DNA from: Candidatus Latescibacterota bacterium
Lineage (GTDB): Bacteria; Latescibacterota; UBA2968
Assembly (NCBI GenBank): GCA_965204745.1
Contig: OZ242010.1
Span: forward strand, 512,001-576,000
Length of the DNA: 64,000 nucleotides
Direction: 5' to 3'
Made by a program: the position numbers and the translations under genes. Shown here piece after piece: positions 41,422-49,745 of the stretch. The notes under the pieces are model-generated. The model had not been told where the DNA came from, searched no databases, and saw only the letters and a list, made by a program, of their open reading frames with translations. Numbering within the stretch: position 1 is the first letter of the stretch; each line of letters begins with the position of its first letter.

Positions 41422-43137
41422 TCATATACTCGCTGTTTTTTTATGCAAATGTGCATACACCCCATCTTGCATAGCCAACTGCTCGTGCGTGCCCTGCTCT
41501 GCGATCTGTCCCTCATCCAGAACCACAATTTCATCTGCGGTTTGAATCGTTGACAGTCGATGCGCGATGATCAGCGTGGTTCTGCCTTGTCGCACGGTTT
41601 TTAACGCCTCTTGGATGTGATACTCCGATTCCATATCCAAGGCGGCAGTGGGTTCGTCCAAAATCAGAATCGGCGTGTCCATCAACAGCACACGCGCCAG
41701 TGCAACGCGCTGTTTCTGCCCCTCCGACATCTGTGCTCCCTGTTCGCCCACCAATGTTTCATAGCCCTCCGGCAATGACGCAATGAAGTCGTGAATGTAC
41801 GCGGCCCGCGTCGCGTCTTGAACATCTCGCATGGGTATCTCGTGCCCAAAGGTCAAGTTGTCTAAAATACTGCCTTGAAACAAGGTACTGCCCTGCATCG
41901 CAAACCCCACCTGTTGCCGAATGGATTTCAAGCGGTAGTTCCGAATATCGTACCCATCGAGCGACACATAGCCCTCTTGCGGATCGTAGAATCGCGGGAT
42001 CAATTTGGCAAGCGTCGATTTGCCTGAGCCGCTTCTGCCGACCAATGCAATGGTCGTTTGTGCCGGGATATGCAGGTCAATATGGCGCAACACGGGTTGC
42101 CCTTCATGATACGCAAAGCTCACATTGTGAAAACCGATCTCGCCTCGCACTTGCGGTAACGCGGGCATGTCGGGACGATCCTGAATTTCTGGCCTCAACT
42201 CATAGACTTCAAAAAAGCGATTGATGCGAACCAATGCCATTTCAACTTGTCCTACCAGGCCGATGAGATTGCCGATGGGACCGTAGAGATAGCCCACATA
42301 ACCCGAAAATGCCATATAACTGCCCAGGGAAAGATTGCCGTTTAGAACCTGCGTCCACCCATACCAGCCATAAGCCAACGTGCCCGCTGTTTTCACCAGC
42401 GATCCCACAAAATTGAAGCCGCCACTTAAATGCGTCGATCTGATCCGCAGTTTCGACACATCGAGAAAGATGCCTCTGATCTTGTGATAAAACGCGGCTT
42501 CCAACCCTAGGGCTTGCACGGTTCGGATACCCGAAAGCGATTCGTAGGACTTGGCCGAGGACTCAGCCGATGCTTCGGTCACTTTTTTGGAAATTCTGCT
42601 GAGGTACTTTTTTGAAACCATAATCAACACCGTATCAAATGGCAAGACCGCCAAACTGATCAAAGCCAGTTTCCAATTGATGTAGAGCAAAATAGGCGGG
42701 AAAATGAGCAACTGGAGCGTGTTCATAATCAGGCTGTTCACCATCCCGATGGTGCTGTTGACCGAACTGTCCATATCCCTAAATCGAGATAGGATTTCGC
42801 CTGTCTGCCGGTTGTCAAAAAAGCTGAAATCCAGTGATTGCACATGAGAATAGAAGCGCGATTTGAAATCCAACCCCATGTTGACGCCGACATAACGCGC
42901 AAAATACGTGCTCAACAATCCCGTAAATCCCAACCCCGTCGAAAGCACGGCCCCCAAAATCAGAATGAAGGTCAGGAGCGTGTGGTCTTTGTGGGGATAC
43001 ACATCATCGATCAACACTTTGGTAATGTATGGCCCTGGGATTTGCAAGAACATGACCATGATGCCCACGAGGAACGATTGAAAGATAAACCGCCAATACG
43101 GCCGGAGCATTTTGATGATCTTAAATATCTGACGCAT
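41422..43137 (-). CDS. ABC exporter (TM plus NBD), no C39 peptidase domain
   Basis: 571 aa starting directly with the TM domain; GRSGSGKST, MSEGQKQR, LILDEPT, IAHRLST. Confidence 0.93.
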   Translation of the reverse strand: MRQIFKIIKMLRPYWRFIFQSFLVGIMVMFLQIPGPYITKVLIDDVYPHKDHTLLTFILILGAVLSTGLGFTGLLSTYFARYVGVNMGLDFKSRFYSHVQSLDFSFFDNRQTGEILSRFRDMDSSVNSTIGMVNSLIMNTLQLLIFPPILLYINWKLALISLAVLPFDTVLIMVSKKYLSRISKKVTEASAESSAKSYESLSGIRTVQALGLEAAFYHKIRGIFLDVSKLRIRSTHLSGGFNFVGSLVKTAGTLAYGWYGWTQVLNGNLSLGSYMAFSGYVGYLYGPIGNLIGLVGQVEMALVRINRFFEVYELRPEIQDRPDMPALPQVRGEIGFHNVSFAYHEGQPVLRHIDLHIPAQTTIALVGRSGSGKSTLAKLIPRFYDPQEGYVSLDGYDIRNYRLKSIRQQVGFAMQGSTLFQGSILDNLTFGHEIPMRDVQDATRAAYIHDFIASLPEGYETLVGEQGAQMSEGQKQRVALARVLLMDTPILILDEPTAALDMESEYHIQEALKTVRQGRTTLIIAHRLSTIQTADEIVVLDEGQIAEQGTHEQLAMQDGVYAHLHKKTASI

Positions 43138-43351
43138 GGAATCGTTCTAAAAAAAAGGTATTCGACAAATGCTTGAAGCACGTCATCTGTCATGGCTGAC
43201 GTTGTGCTTATGCGTTGGTGGCATGGTTTCAAGTCTGCCTCGTAGTGCTTTGATACAGGACCTGCAAGACCTGCTTGCACATGTTGCACGCGCAGGCAAG
43301 AAGCAGACAGGCGCGACCACAACTTAGTCATCCACCAGCGAAAAATGATAA

Positions 43352-43401
43352 TGGGTGTTCAACGCTACCCGCTTGAAACTTCGGTAAGCATTGAACACCC
43401 A
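43352..43401 (-). terminator. Stem-loop downstream of precursor B
   Basis: TGGGTGTTCAA...TTGAACACCCA perfect 11-bp arms with partial inner pairing. Confidence 0.45.
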
Positions 43402-43483
43402 ATGATCAGAGGTCATCTATTGCATTCTGCGAGATCGGGCGTCAATGATCAAACGGAAATTTCACCTGATCTTTTGACACCGC

Positions 43484-43903
43484 CTACTTATCCTTCTTCT
43501 TCTCCTCCTCTTCTTCTTCCCCTGTTTCGATTTCCGGTGCCCGGGGCGGACTTTGGTCGTGGCAACTCCTATAGCAAGATGTGTATGTTCTCGCTACTGC
43601 CATGACTCCTCCAGCAGCCAAGGCAGATCGCCAATTCCTATTGTTTGCGTATACTCCTCCAGCAACAGCAGCAGAATAAAGCAAAACACTCTCGGCAGCC
43701 TCGTAATGTGCCTCGTCAATTGCGGCCTGCCTTGGGTCCACATCCGTTGGAATCTGAGGCTCAACAGAAGTTGAATCCGGAGAAGTTGTATCCGGTTCGG
43801 CAATTTCAAATTCCAAACCCTTGTCTCCATCTCCAGAATATGCCATAACACTATGAGTGCTATCGGCATACGGAGATGGCGAGATTTTTCTGAGAGATCT
43901 CAT
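43484..43903 (-). CDS. Putative precursor protein B (139 aa)
   Basis: AAAGGAG RBS; MRSLRKISPSPYADSTHSVMAYSGDGD...; hydrophobic Gly/Ala helices, CYRSCH, acidic/basic tail. Confidence 0.7.
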   Translation of the reverse strand: MRSLRKISPSPYADSTHSVMAYSGDGDKGLEFEIAEPDTTSPDSTSVEPQIPTDVDPRQAAIDEAHYEAAESVLLYSAAVAGGVYANNRNWRSALAAGGVMAVARTYTSCYRSCHDQSPPRAPEIETGEEEEEEKKKDK

Positions 43904-43941
43904 GGTTTGCTCCTTTCTTGAAAAGTGATGACGACCTCTGA

Positions 43942-44682
43942 TCACAACAATAAAAATTCACTATAGTGATATGCCACTATTGTGACTAAATTACCGATGG
44001 CGTGAAACACAAAGCTGGCAGTGAGTGAATTTGTGCGTTCTAACAAGAATGCTGTCACCACACCAACCAAAAATACGAAGATAAGACCCGTAAGATCAAT
44101 CATCCAAACATGGAAAAATGAAAAAATAAAGGCTGAAATCAAAGTTGATATAATACTATCATTTTGTTTGCGTAAGGTTCTATACAACAGACCGCGAAAG
44201 CACAATTCTTCGTCAAATGGACCTAAAAGACCCGTAACTATTATCTGGCCATAAAATATCGCATCAGAAGAATATTTGGGGGGATTACCAAAATTTATGT
44301 CTATCCCGGACTCTAAAATAGACACTATAGCACCGAAGACGAAGGCATAAATGATATATCGAAACTGAGTCGCAGGATATATTGCTCCCCAAATTAACTT
44401 GATCGATAAATCCACTTTCTTACATTGCCAGATAAGGAATGCAAGAAAGGCAAGCGTCAAAACTGGAGGAAGAGATATTGCCCCAATATGCCCCATATCC
44501 TGGAATGTTAAACCCCATCCATTGGCGTAATTAAAATATGCTATCAACAAGCCAGACAGTGCAATAACAACCAAACCAATTACACCGTACAAAACTAACC
44601 AAATAATTACTCTTTTGATAGACCATGGGAGTTGTGGTTGCAGGACATCATCAACTTCCAAAGTATCTTTGTTGTCTTGCAT
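43942..44682 (-). CDS. CPBP (CAAX/Abi) intramembrane metalloprotease
   Basis: DEELCFRG, FSFFH, HAIGN; multiple TMs; AT-rich. Confidence 0.88.
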   Translation of the reverse strand: MQDNKDTLEVDDVLQPQLPWSIKRVIIWLVLYGVIGLVVIALSGLLIAYFNYANGWGLTFQDMGHIGAISLPPVLTLAFLAFLIWQCKKVDLSIKLIWGAIYPATQFRYIIYAFVFGAIVSILESGIDINFGNPPKYSSDAIFYGQIIVTGLLGPFDEELCFRGLLYRTLRKQNDSIISTLISAFIFSFFHVWMIDLTGLIFVFLVGVVTAFLLERTNSLTASFVFHAIGNLVTIVAYHYSEFLLL

Positions 44683-44743
44683 TTTTGTTCTCCCATGAAC
44701 TGCTATGGCAATTGTACATTAAACCCTATCATGCTTTGCTTCG

Positions 44744-44813
44744 TTATAGGCTCTGCTCGTGCCGCACCCTGAGCATTTTGATGATCTTGAATATCTGACG
44801 CATTGAATCATTC
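44744..44813 (-). pseudogene. Duplicated 5' stub of the ABC exporter gene
   Basis: MRQIFKIIKMLRVRHEQSL*; 44771-44813 matches 43105-43147 at 40/43 nt. Confidence 0.85.
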
Positions 44814-46104
44814 AGTTTCTGGCCTGTACATTTTCGGGCTGTTCTTCCAAGCGATAAATCTCAGGACGCCCTATTTTGCCCACTGTCTTGAGGAACTTTC
44901 GCCACAACAAGTTGACGATTGGGCCGCGCTCGGTCACGATTTTGGCGTCAACGCCCATGCCGTACGCGAGTGAATAAACGCTTTTGCCATCCGATACATG
45001 TGGGTCTATCACGCGCATGGTCACGGGATAAGTAGCATCTGCGCCACCACTCGGCAACAGACCCGCACCAAGGGGTGTCGCGGCTTCGGGCTTTCGCGGC
45101 ACGTCGGTCACCTCGCCCTCAAACACCTTGTATTCCATGTGTGGGAATGCGTTCACATACAACCGCACCCGCTGTCCCGCTTTCACCTTGGGAATATCCA
45201 CTTCTTGAATCATCACCCGCGCTTGCCAGCCATCCAACGCGGCCAATTCAATTACGGCTTCACCTGCCAAAATGCGGTCGCCCACGCGCTTCTCCAAATC
45301 GCGCGTCAACACGGTTCCCGAAACAGAGGCGCGAATCTGCATCTGTTCCAACTGCGTTTTGAGCAAGCGATAGCTAACCCGTAATTTTTCATCCATCTGC
45401 GCCATCGTTTTCAGTTCCTGTTTGCGATTGTCCAAGGCGGCCAACCTGCGCTTTGCACGCTCAATTTCTACTTTTGCACCCGCTACCCGCATCTGCTGTA
45501 ACCGAACCGGGATCAACGTATCCACAGGGGGACGCGCACTGCCATCTATGCGAAAGGGCAGGTATTTGTGGTAAATCTGATACTCTTTGCGAATCTGATC
45601 CAACTGTAACTGCGCGGTCTGATGCGCGACTTCTGCCCGTTCAATCTCGGTTTCCAAAACCGCGCGCTCGCGTTGCAACTCGACGGTCAACGCCTCGCGA
45701 CGACTTTGGTTCATCGCCCGTTCCTGTTCGAGTTGCGCCAATTCCGTGCGTAAATCCGCGTCATCCAACGTCAGCATCAAATCCCCTTGTTCAACCGCTT
45801 GCCCGTGTTGCACATGGACGGTTTGGATCAAGCCAGCGCGTTGGGCTTTTACTTCACAACGCGCACTGGGTTGCACGCGCCCTCGACCTTCAACCGTGAT
45901 TTCCATGCCCAAATGCCACCCCAACAGCCCGATGAGTGCGACCATGCTTCCCACAACACAGAGAATAATGAGCAAGAAATAGCGCACAAACCGAAAACCC
46001 ATCCCCGAAGTTGCGTGTGCTTCCGGACTCTGTGCGTGTGCAGACACCTCTCGATGTTGCGTGTGGTAGCCATTGCCCACTATCACCTGTTCCCCAAGTG
46101 CCAT
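44812..46104 (-). CDS. HlyD-family (type I secretion) membrane fusion protein
   Basis: TM, GRGRVQP, VKAQRAG..V.HGQ.V..GD, long coiled coil, IRASVSGTV, NAFPHMEY, YGM. Confidence 0.9.
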   Translation of the reverse strand: MALGEQVIVGNGYHTQHREVSAHAQSPEAHATSGMGFRFVRYFLLIILCVVGSMVALIGLLGWHLGMEITVEGRGRVQPSARCEVKAQRAGLIQTVHVQHGQAVEQGDLMLTLDDADLRTELAQLEQERAMNQSRREALTVELQRERAVLETEIERAEVAHQTAQLQLDQIRKEYQIYHKYLPFRIDGSARPPVDTLIPVRLQQMRVAGAKVEIERAKRRLAALDNRKQELKTMAQMDEKLRVSYRLLKTQLEQMQIRASVSGTVLTRDLEKRVGDRILAGEAVIELAALDGWQARVMIQEVDIPKVKAGQRVRLYVNAFPHMEYKVFEGEVTDVPRKPEAATPLGAGLLPSGGADATYPVTMRVIDPHVSDGKSVYSLAYGMGVDAKIVTERGPIVNLLWRKFLKTVGKIGRPEIYRLEEQPENVQARN

Positions 46105-46191
46105 AACCCATGATCCTATATGCCGATCTGCATATACTCAGGTTGTTGATGGCGAACGCCAAAATAGTTTCATCTCTATAAACATGCGTTA

Positions 46192-46218
46192 CATTCAGCG
46201 GTTTATCGCCGCTGAATG
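46192..46218. terminator. Hairpin between pcp and the island (terminator or operator)
   Basis: CATTCAGCGG-TTTATCG-CCGCTGAATG. Confidence 0.45.
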
Positions 46219-46257
46219 GGGCTTTTGAAACTCCTTTGATTTCGCAAGGGGAGTGCG

Positions 46258-46842
46258 TCATGTTAAACTCTCTACGACAGCCCTGATTCCGGCCGTCACA
46301 CCTGTTTGAATCGTTTCCAACGCCATGCTCGGTTGGGACGCGCCCGCGAGTTCTGGCGTGGGTGGTACGTGGATAAATCCCACAGGCGTATCGATCCCCT
46401 TTTCCGCGAGCAGATGCAATGTGGAATACAAGATGTGATTGCACAGGAACGTGCCCGCCGAATACGTCAATCGCGCAGGCACATTGGCCTCGCGCATTCG
46501 CCGAACCATCAACCGAGTCGGCAGGGTGGAGAAATAGGCATCGGGTCCCCGGTCAACAATGGGATAATCCACATCGTCTATCACTTTTAGGTTGATGCCA
46601 ACGCGCTCGACATGCAGCGCATTCGCCGAACCGTGCAAGCCCAAAGACACCACAGCCGCGGGTTTGTACTCGGCAATGAGCGGGGCGACTTTGGCAATAT
46701 CATCGCCGTGACTCACCGGCAACACGGTTGAAACGATTTCGCATCCCCGGATCAAAGCACCATCCAACGCCTCGGCCACAACGCCCGATGGATTGCTTGA
46801 CCACTCAGCCCAGGGTTCAAAACCCGTCAGTAAAATTTTCAT
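46258..46842 (-). CDS. pcp: Pyroglutamyl-peptidase I
   Basis: MKILLTGFEP, NPS, VERVGIN, SAGTFLCN, GFIHVP. Confidence 0.93.
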   Translation of the reverse strand: MKILLTGFEPWAEWSSNPSGVVAEALDGALIRGCEIVSTVLPVSHGDDIAKVAPLIAEYKPAAVVSLGLHGSANALHVERVGINLKVIDDVDYPIVDRGPDAYFSTLPTRLMVRRMREANVPARLTYSAGTFLCNHILYSTLHLLAEKGIDTPVGFIHVPPTPELAGASQPSMALETIQTGVTAGIRAVVESLT

Positions 46843-47081
46843 CAAATAGCCCCTTGATATCCCGTCCCTTTCGTGCGGAACGGTTGTCATTAAGAGTAGA
46901 AAGCGAGTGGGAAGCAAGCCGCGACCAATCGCCGCCGACTCATCCATTACCGAATCGCCCCTTAGAACGTGTCTTAAAACAAACGATAGATGCCCCCTCC
47001 TCCGGCTCTTCTCCGCATGGATTCAACGCTTTATTCGCATTGTCAGGAACAAGCTAGCAGCGCGGGGGGTGTGTCACCTGA

Positions 47082-47412
47082 TCACGCCTCCAGCACCATC
47101 TGCAACAGCGCCATGCGGATATAAACGCCGTTGTGCGCTTGGCGGAAGTACGCGGCGCGCGGGTCTTTGTCCACCGCCGGATCGATCTCATCCACCCGGG
47201 GCAAGGGGTGCATCACGATGGCGTCGGCTGACAACGCGACCATCGCCGCCGGGTCGATGATGTATTTTCCCCGAACCGCTTCGTAGTCCGCGATGCGGTC
47301 ACCGAACCGCTCTCGCTGAATGCGCGTTTGGTACACCACATCCACGTCGGCCATGACCTTCATCAGGTCTTCTTCTTCTACAAACGCGACCCCGTGTTCT
47401 GCCAAATACGCA
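47082..47412 (-). pseudogene. pyrB: C-terminal fragment of aspartate carbamoyltransferase
   Basis: [36 protein letters not shown]; upstream is AT-rich junction sequence and then the LysR stop; carbamoyl-phosphate domain absent. Confidence 0.85.
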
Positions 47413-47459
47413 ACGAATAAAAAAATATAATAATAGGACAAGATAAATTCAATTTGGTA

Positions 47460-48383
47460 TTACTTCTCTCTTCCCACCTTCTTTTTCCACGCCTCCAGCC
47501 CTTGGTACGTTGCAAAGATCGCTTCGAGCAAGTGGCGAATTGCCGGGCCGAAATATCGGCCTTTGCGCCAAGCGATGCCGATCTCTCGGCGAAAGGACAC
47601 GCCCTCTACATCCACCACTTTCAACACCCCGTCCTTTAGGGACTCGCGCACGGCCAACATCGGCAAAAACGAAATGCCAACGCCCACCTCGACCAACTTT
47701 CGCATGGCCTCGGGGCTCCGCATTTCCATCACCACGCCGGGGGACACGCCCGCCTCGGCGAATCGCTCATCCACGATCTTGCGCGAGATGGAATCGGTGT
47801 GAAACAGCATCAGCGGCTCTTGCACGACCGCTTGCAAAGTCGCGGTTTTCCGCGCGGCAAAGGGATGCGACGCGCCCACGACCAGCGGCATGGAATCCCG
47901 GTAAATCGACACGGTCTCCACGCGCGGATGCTCAAATGGCAACGAGATGACCGCGAACTCGGAGCGATTCATCAGCAGATCATCCACCAAATAGCGCGAG
48001 GGTGCCACCTGTGCGGACAGGGCAATCTCGGGATAGGCGCGCATGTAAGCCTTCAAAATATCCGGCAACAAATACGTCACGGCCGCGTCAATCGCGCCAA
48101 ACTGAAACCCCTCGCCCGGCAACACGTCGCGCCGTTGCAAGCGGTCTTCGGCCTCTTCGATCAGGTCTTGAATCTGCATCGCGTAATGCACTAGGGTGCG
48201 GCCTTCCATCGTGAGCGTCGCCCGCTTGTTTCCCCGATTGAACAGGCGCACCCCCATCGTTCTTTCCAATTCTGCAATCCCGTTGCTCACGGTGGGTTGC
48301 GTCACGTACATCTCGCGGGCCGCGCGGCTAAAACTCCCGGTTTGGGCCACAGACAGAAAATAGCGCAAGTGATAAAAGTTCAT
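47460..48383 (-). CDS. LysR-family transcriptional regulator
   Basis: MNFYHLRYF...GSFSRAA..TQPTVS..I..LE...G..LF.R. Confidence 0.95.
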   Translation of the reverse strand: MNFYHLRYFLSVAQTGSFSRAAREMYVTQPTVSNGIAELERTMGVRLFNRGNKRATLTMEGRTLVHYAMQIQDLIEEAEDRLQRRDVLPGEGFQFGAIDAAVTYLLPDILKAYMRAYPEIALSAQVAPSRYLVDDLLMNRSEFAVISLPFEHPRVETVSIYRDSMPLVVGASHPFAARKTATLQAVVQEPLMLFHTDSISRKIVDERFAEAGVSPGVVMEMRSPEAMRKLVEVGVGISFLPMLAVRESLKDGVLKVVDVEGVSFRREIGIAWRKGRYFGPAIRHLLEAIFATYQGLEAWKKKVGREK

Positions 48384-48394
48384 CTCCCCTCCTG

Positions 48395-48411
48395 TATAGA
48401 TTATTTCTATA
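48395..48411. promoter_or_regulatory. LysR-type binding site (T-N11-A dyad)
   Basis: TATAG-ATTATTT-CTATA in the divergent lysR/ino1 gap. Confidence 0.6.
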
Positions 48412-48499
48412 ACCAATATAGCAATTATTGATTTGTCAAATAAAGAAAAATGACGGACATTTTGCGCGACCCCGATCCCCTCATCTCAAGGAGAAGACC

Positions 48500-49585
48500 A
48501 TGAATCGCAAAGTCCGAGTCGCCATCATCGGCGTGGGCAACTGCGCGTCCTCGCTCGTGCAGGGCATTGAGTATTACAAGAACGCCGCTGAGGATGCGTT
48601 CATCCCCGGCTTGATGCACCCCAACTTGGGGGGGTATCACATCCGCGACATCGCGTTTTCCGCCGCGTTTGACATCAATGCCGAAAAAGTGGGCAAAGAC
48701 TTGGGCGAAGCCATCTTTGCCCCGCCCAACAACACCGTCAAATTCGCCGACGTGCCCCATCTCGACGTGCCGGTGTCCCGCGGCATGACGCACGATGGCT
48801 TGGGCAAATATCTCGACCGCGTCATCGCCAAAGCCGAAGGCGACACAGTGGATGTTGCCGAAGTCCTCAAAGCCACGCGCACGGATGTCGTCGTCAACTA
48901 CCTGCCCGTGGGCAGCGAACAAGCCACCAAGTGGTATGTCGAACAAGTTCTTCAAGCCGGTTGCGCGTTTGTCAACTGCATGCCCGTGTTCATCGCCAGC
49001 GCAGGGCACTGGCCCGAGCGGTTTGAAAAACGCGGCCTGCCCATCATCGGCGACGACATCAAATCGCAGGTCGGCGCGACCATCACGCACCGCGTGCTCA
49101 CCCGGTTGTTCCGCGAGCGCGGCGTCAAGCTCACCAAGACGTATCAACTCAATTTTGGCGGCAACACGGATTTTTACAACATGCTCGAGCGCGAACGCTT
49201 GGAGTCGAAAAAAATCTCCAAAACGCAAGCCGTCACGTCGCAACTCGACTACGACCTCGGCGAGGACAACATCCACGTTGGCCCCAGCGATCACATCCCG
49301 TGGTTGGAAGACCGCAAGTGGTGTCACATCCGCATGGAAGGCGAGACCTTTGGCGGCGTGCCCCTCAATTTGGAACTCAAGCTCGAAGTCTGGGATTCTC
49401 CGAACTCCGCGGGCGTGGTCATCGACGCGGTCAGGCTTTGCAAACTCGCCCTCAACCACGGCCTCAAAGGCCCGTTGATGGGCCCCTCGTCCTACCTGAT
49501 GAAATCCCCACCCAAACAATTCAGCGACGACCAAGCCCGCGAAATGACCGATGGCTTCATCCTGCAATACGGCCTAAAAAAATAA
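48500..49585 (+). CDS. ino1: myo-inositol-1-phosphate synthase
   Basis: [42 protein letters not shown]. Confidence 0.96.
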   Translation: MNRKVRVAIIGVGNCASSLVQGIEYYKNAAEDAFIPGLMHPNLGGYHIRDIAFSAAFDINAEKVGKDLGEAIFAPPNNTVKFADVPHLDVPVSRGMTHDGLGKYLDRVIAKAEGDTVDVAEVLKATRTDVVVNYLPVGSEQATKWYVEQVLQAGCAFVNCMPVFIASAGHWPERFEKRGLPIIGDDIKSQVGATITHRVLTRLFRERGVKLTKTYQLNFGGNTDFYNMLERERLESKKISKTQAVTSQLDYDLGEDNIHVGPSDHIPWLEDRKWCHIRMEGETFGGVPLNLELKLEVWDSPNSAGVVIDAVRLCKLALNHGLKGPLMGPSSYLMKSPPKQFSDDQAREMTDGFILQYGLKK

Positions 49586-49608
49586 CCCGCCCCATCGGAC
49601 GCAACGCC

Positions 49609-49649
49609 AAAAAGCCCCCAGTATTTGATCTGGGGGCTTTTGTTTTTTT
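49609..49649. terminator. Intrinsic terminator between convergent genes
   Basis: AAAAAGCCCCCAG...CTGGGGGCTTTTG followed by a T-run. Confidence 0.85.
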
Positions 49650-49745
49650 GCAAAAACAAGGTGCTTCGGTGGCGAGGCGGGAGTTAAAAGCTGAGAACAA
49701 ATGACGTTACGCAATATCCCGCGTGTCATTCATCGGGGAATCGCG

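Noticed and set aside
41367-41534. N-terminal extension of precursor A in the ORF track (similarly 43904-43945 for precursor B)
   Set aside because: Overlaps the upstream gene; strong AAAGGAG RBS sites point to ATGs at 41366 and 43903
44690-44760. Possible integron attC site at the cassette border (CCTATAAC)
   Set aside because: Does not fit RYYYAAC...GTTRRRY, there is no enclosing palindrome, and no integrase is nearby
46258-46842. pcp as a member of the maturation cluster
   Set aside because: Separated from hlyD by a hairpin and spacer, and the predicted cores start with Ser rather than Gln/Glu; a link cannot be supported
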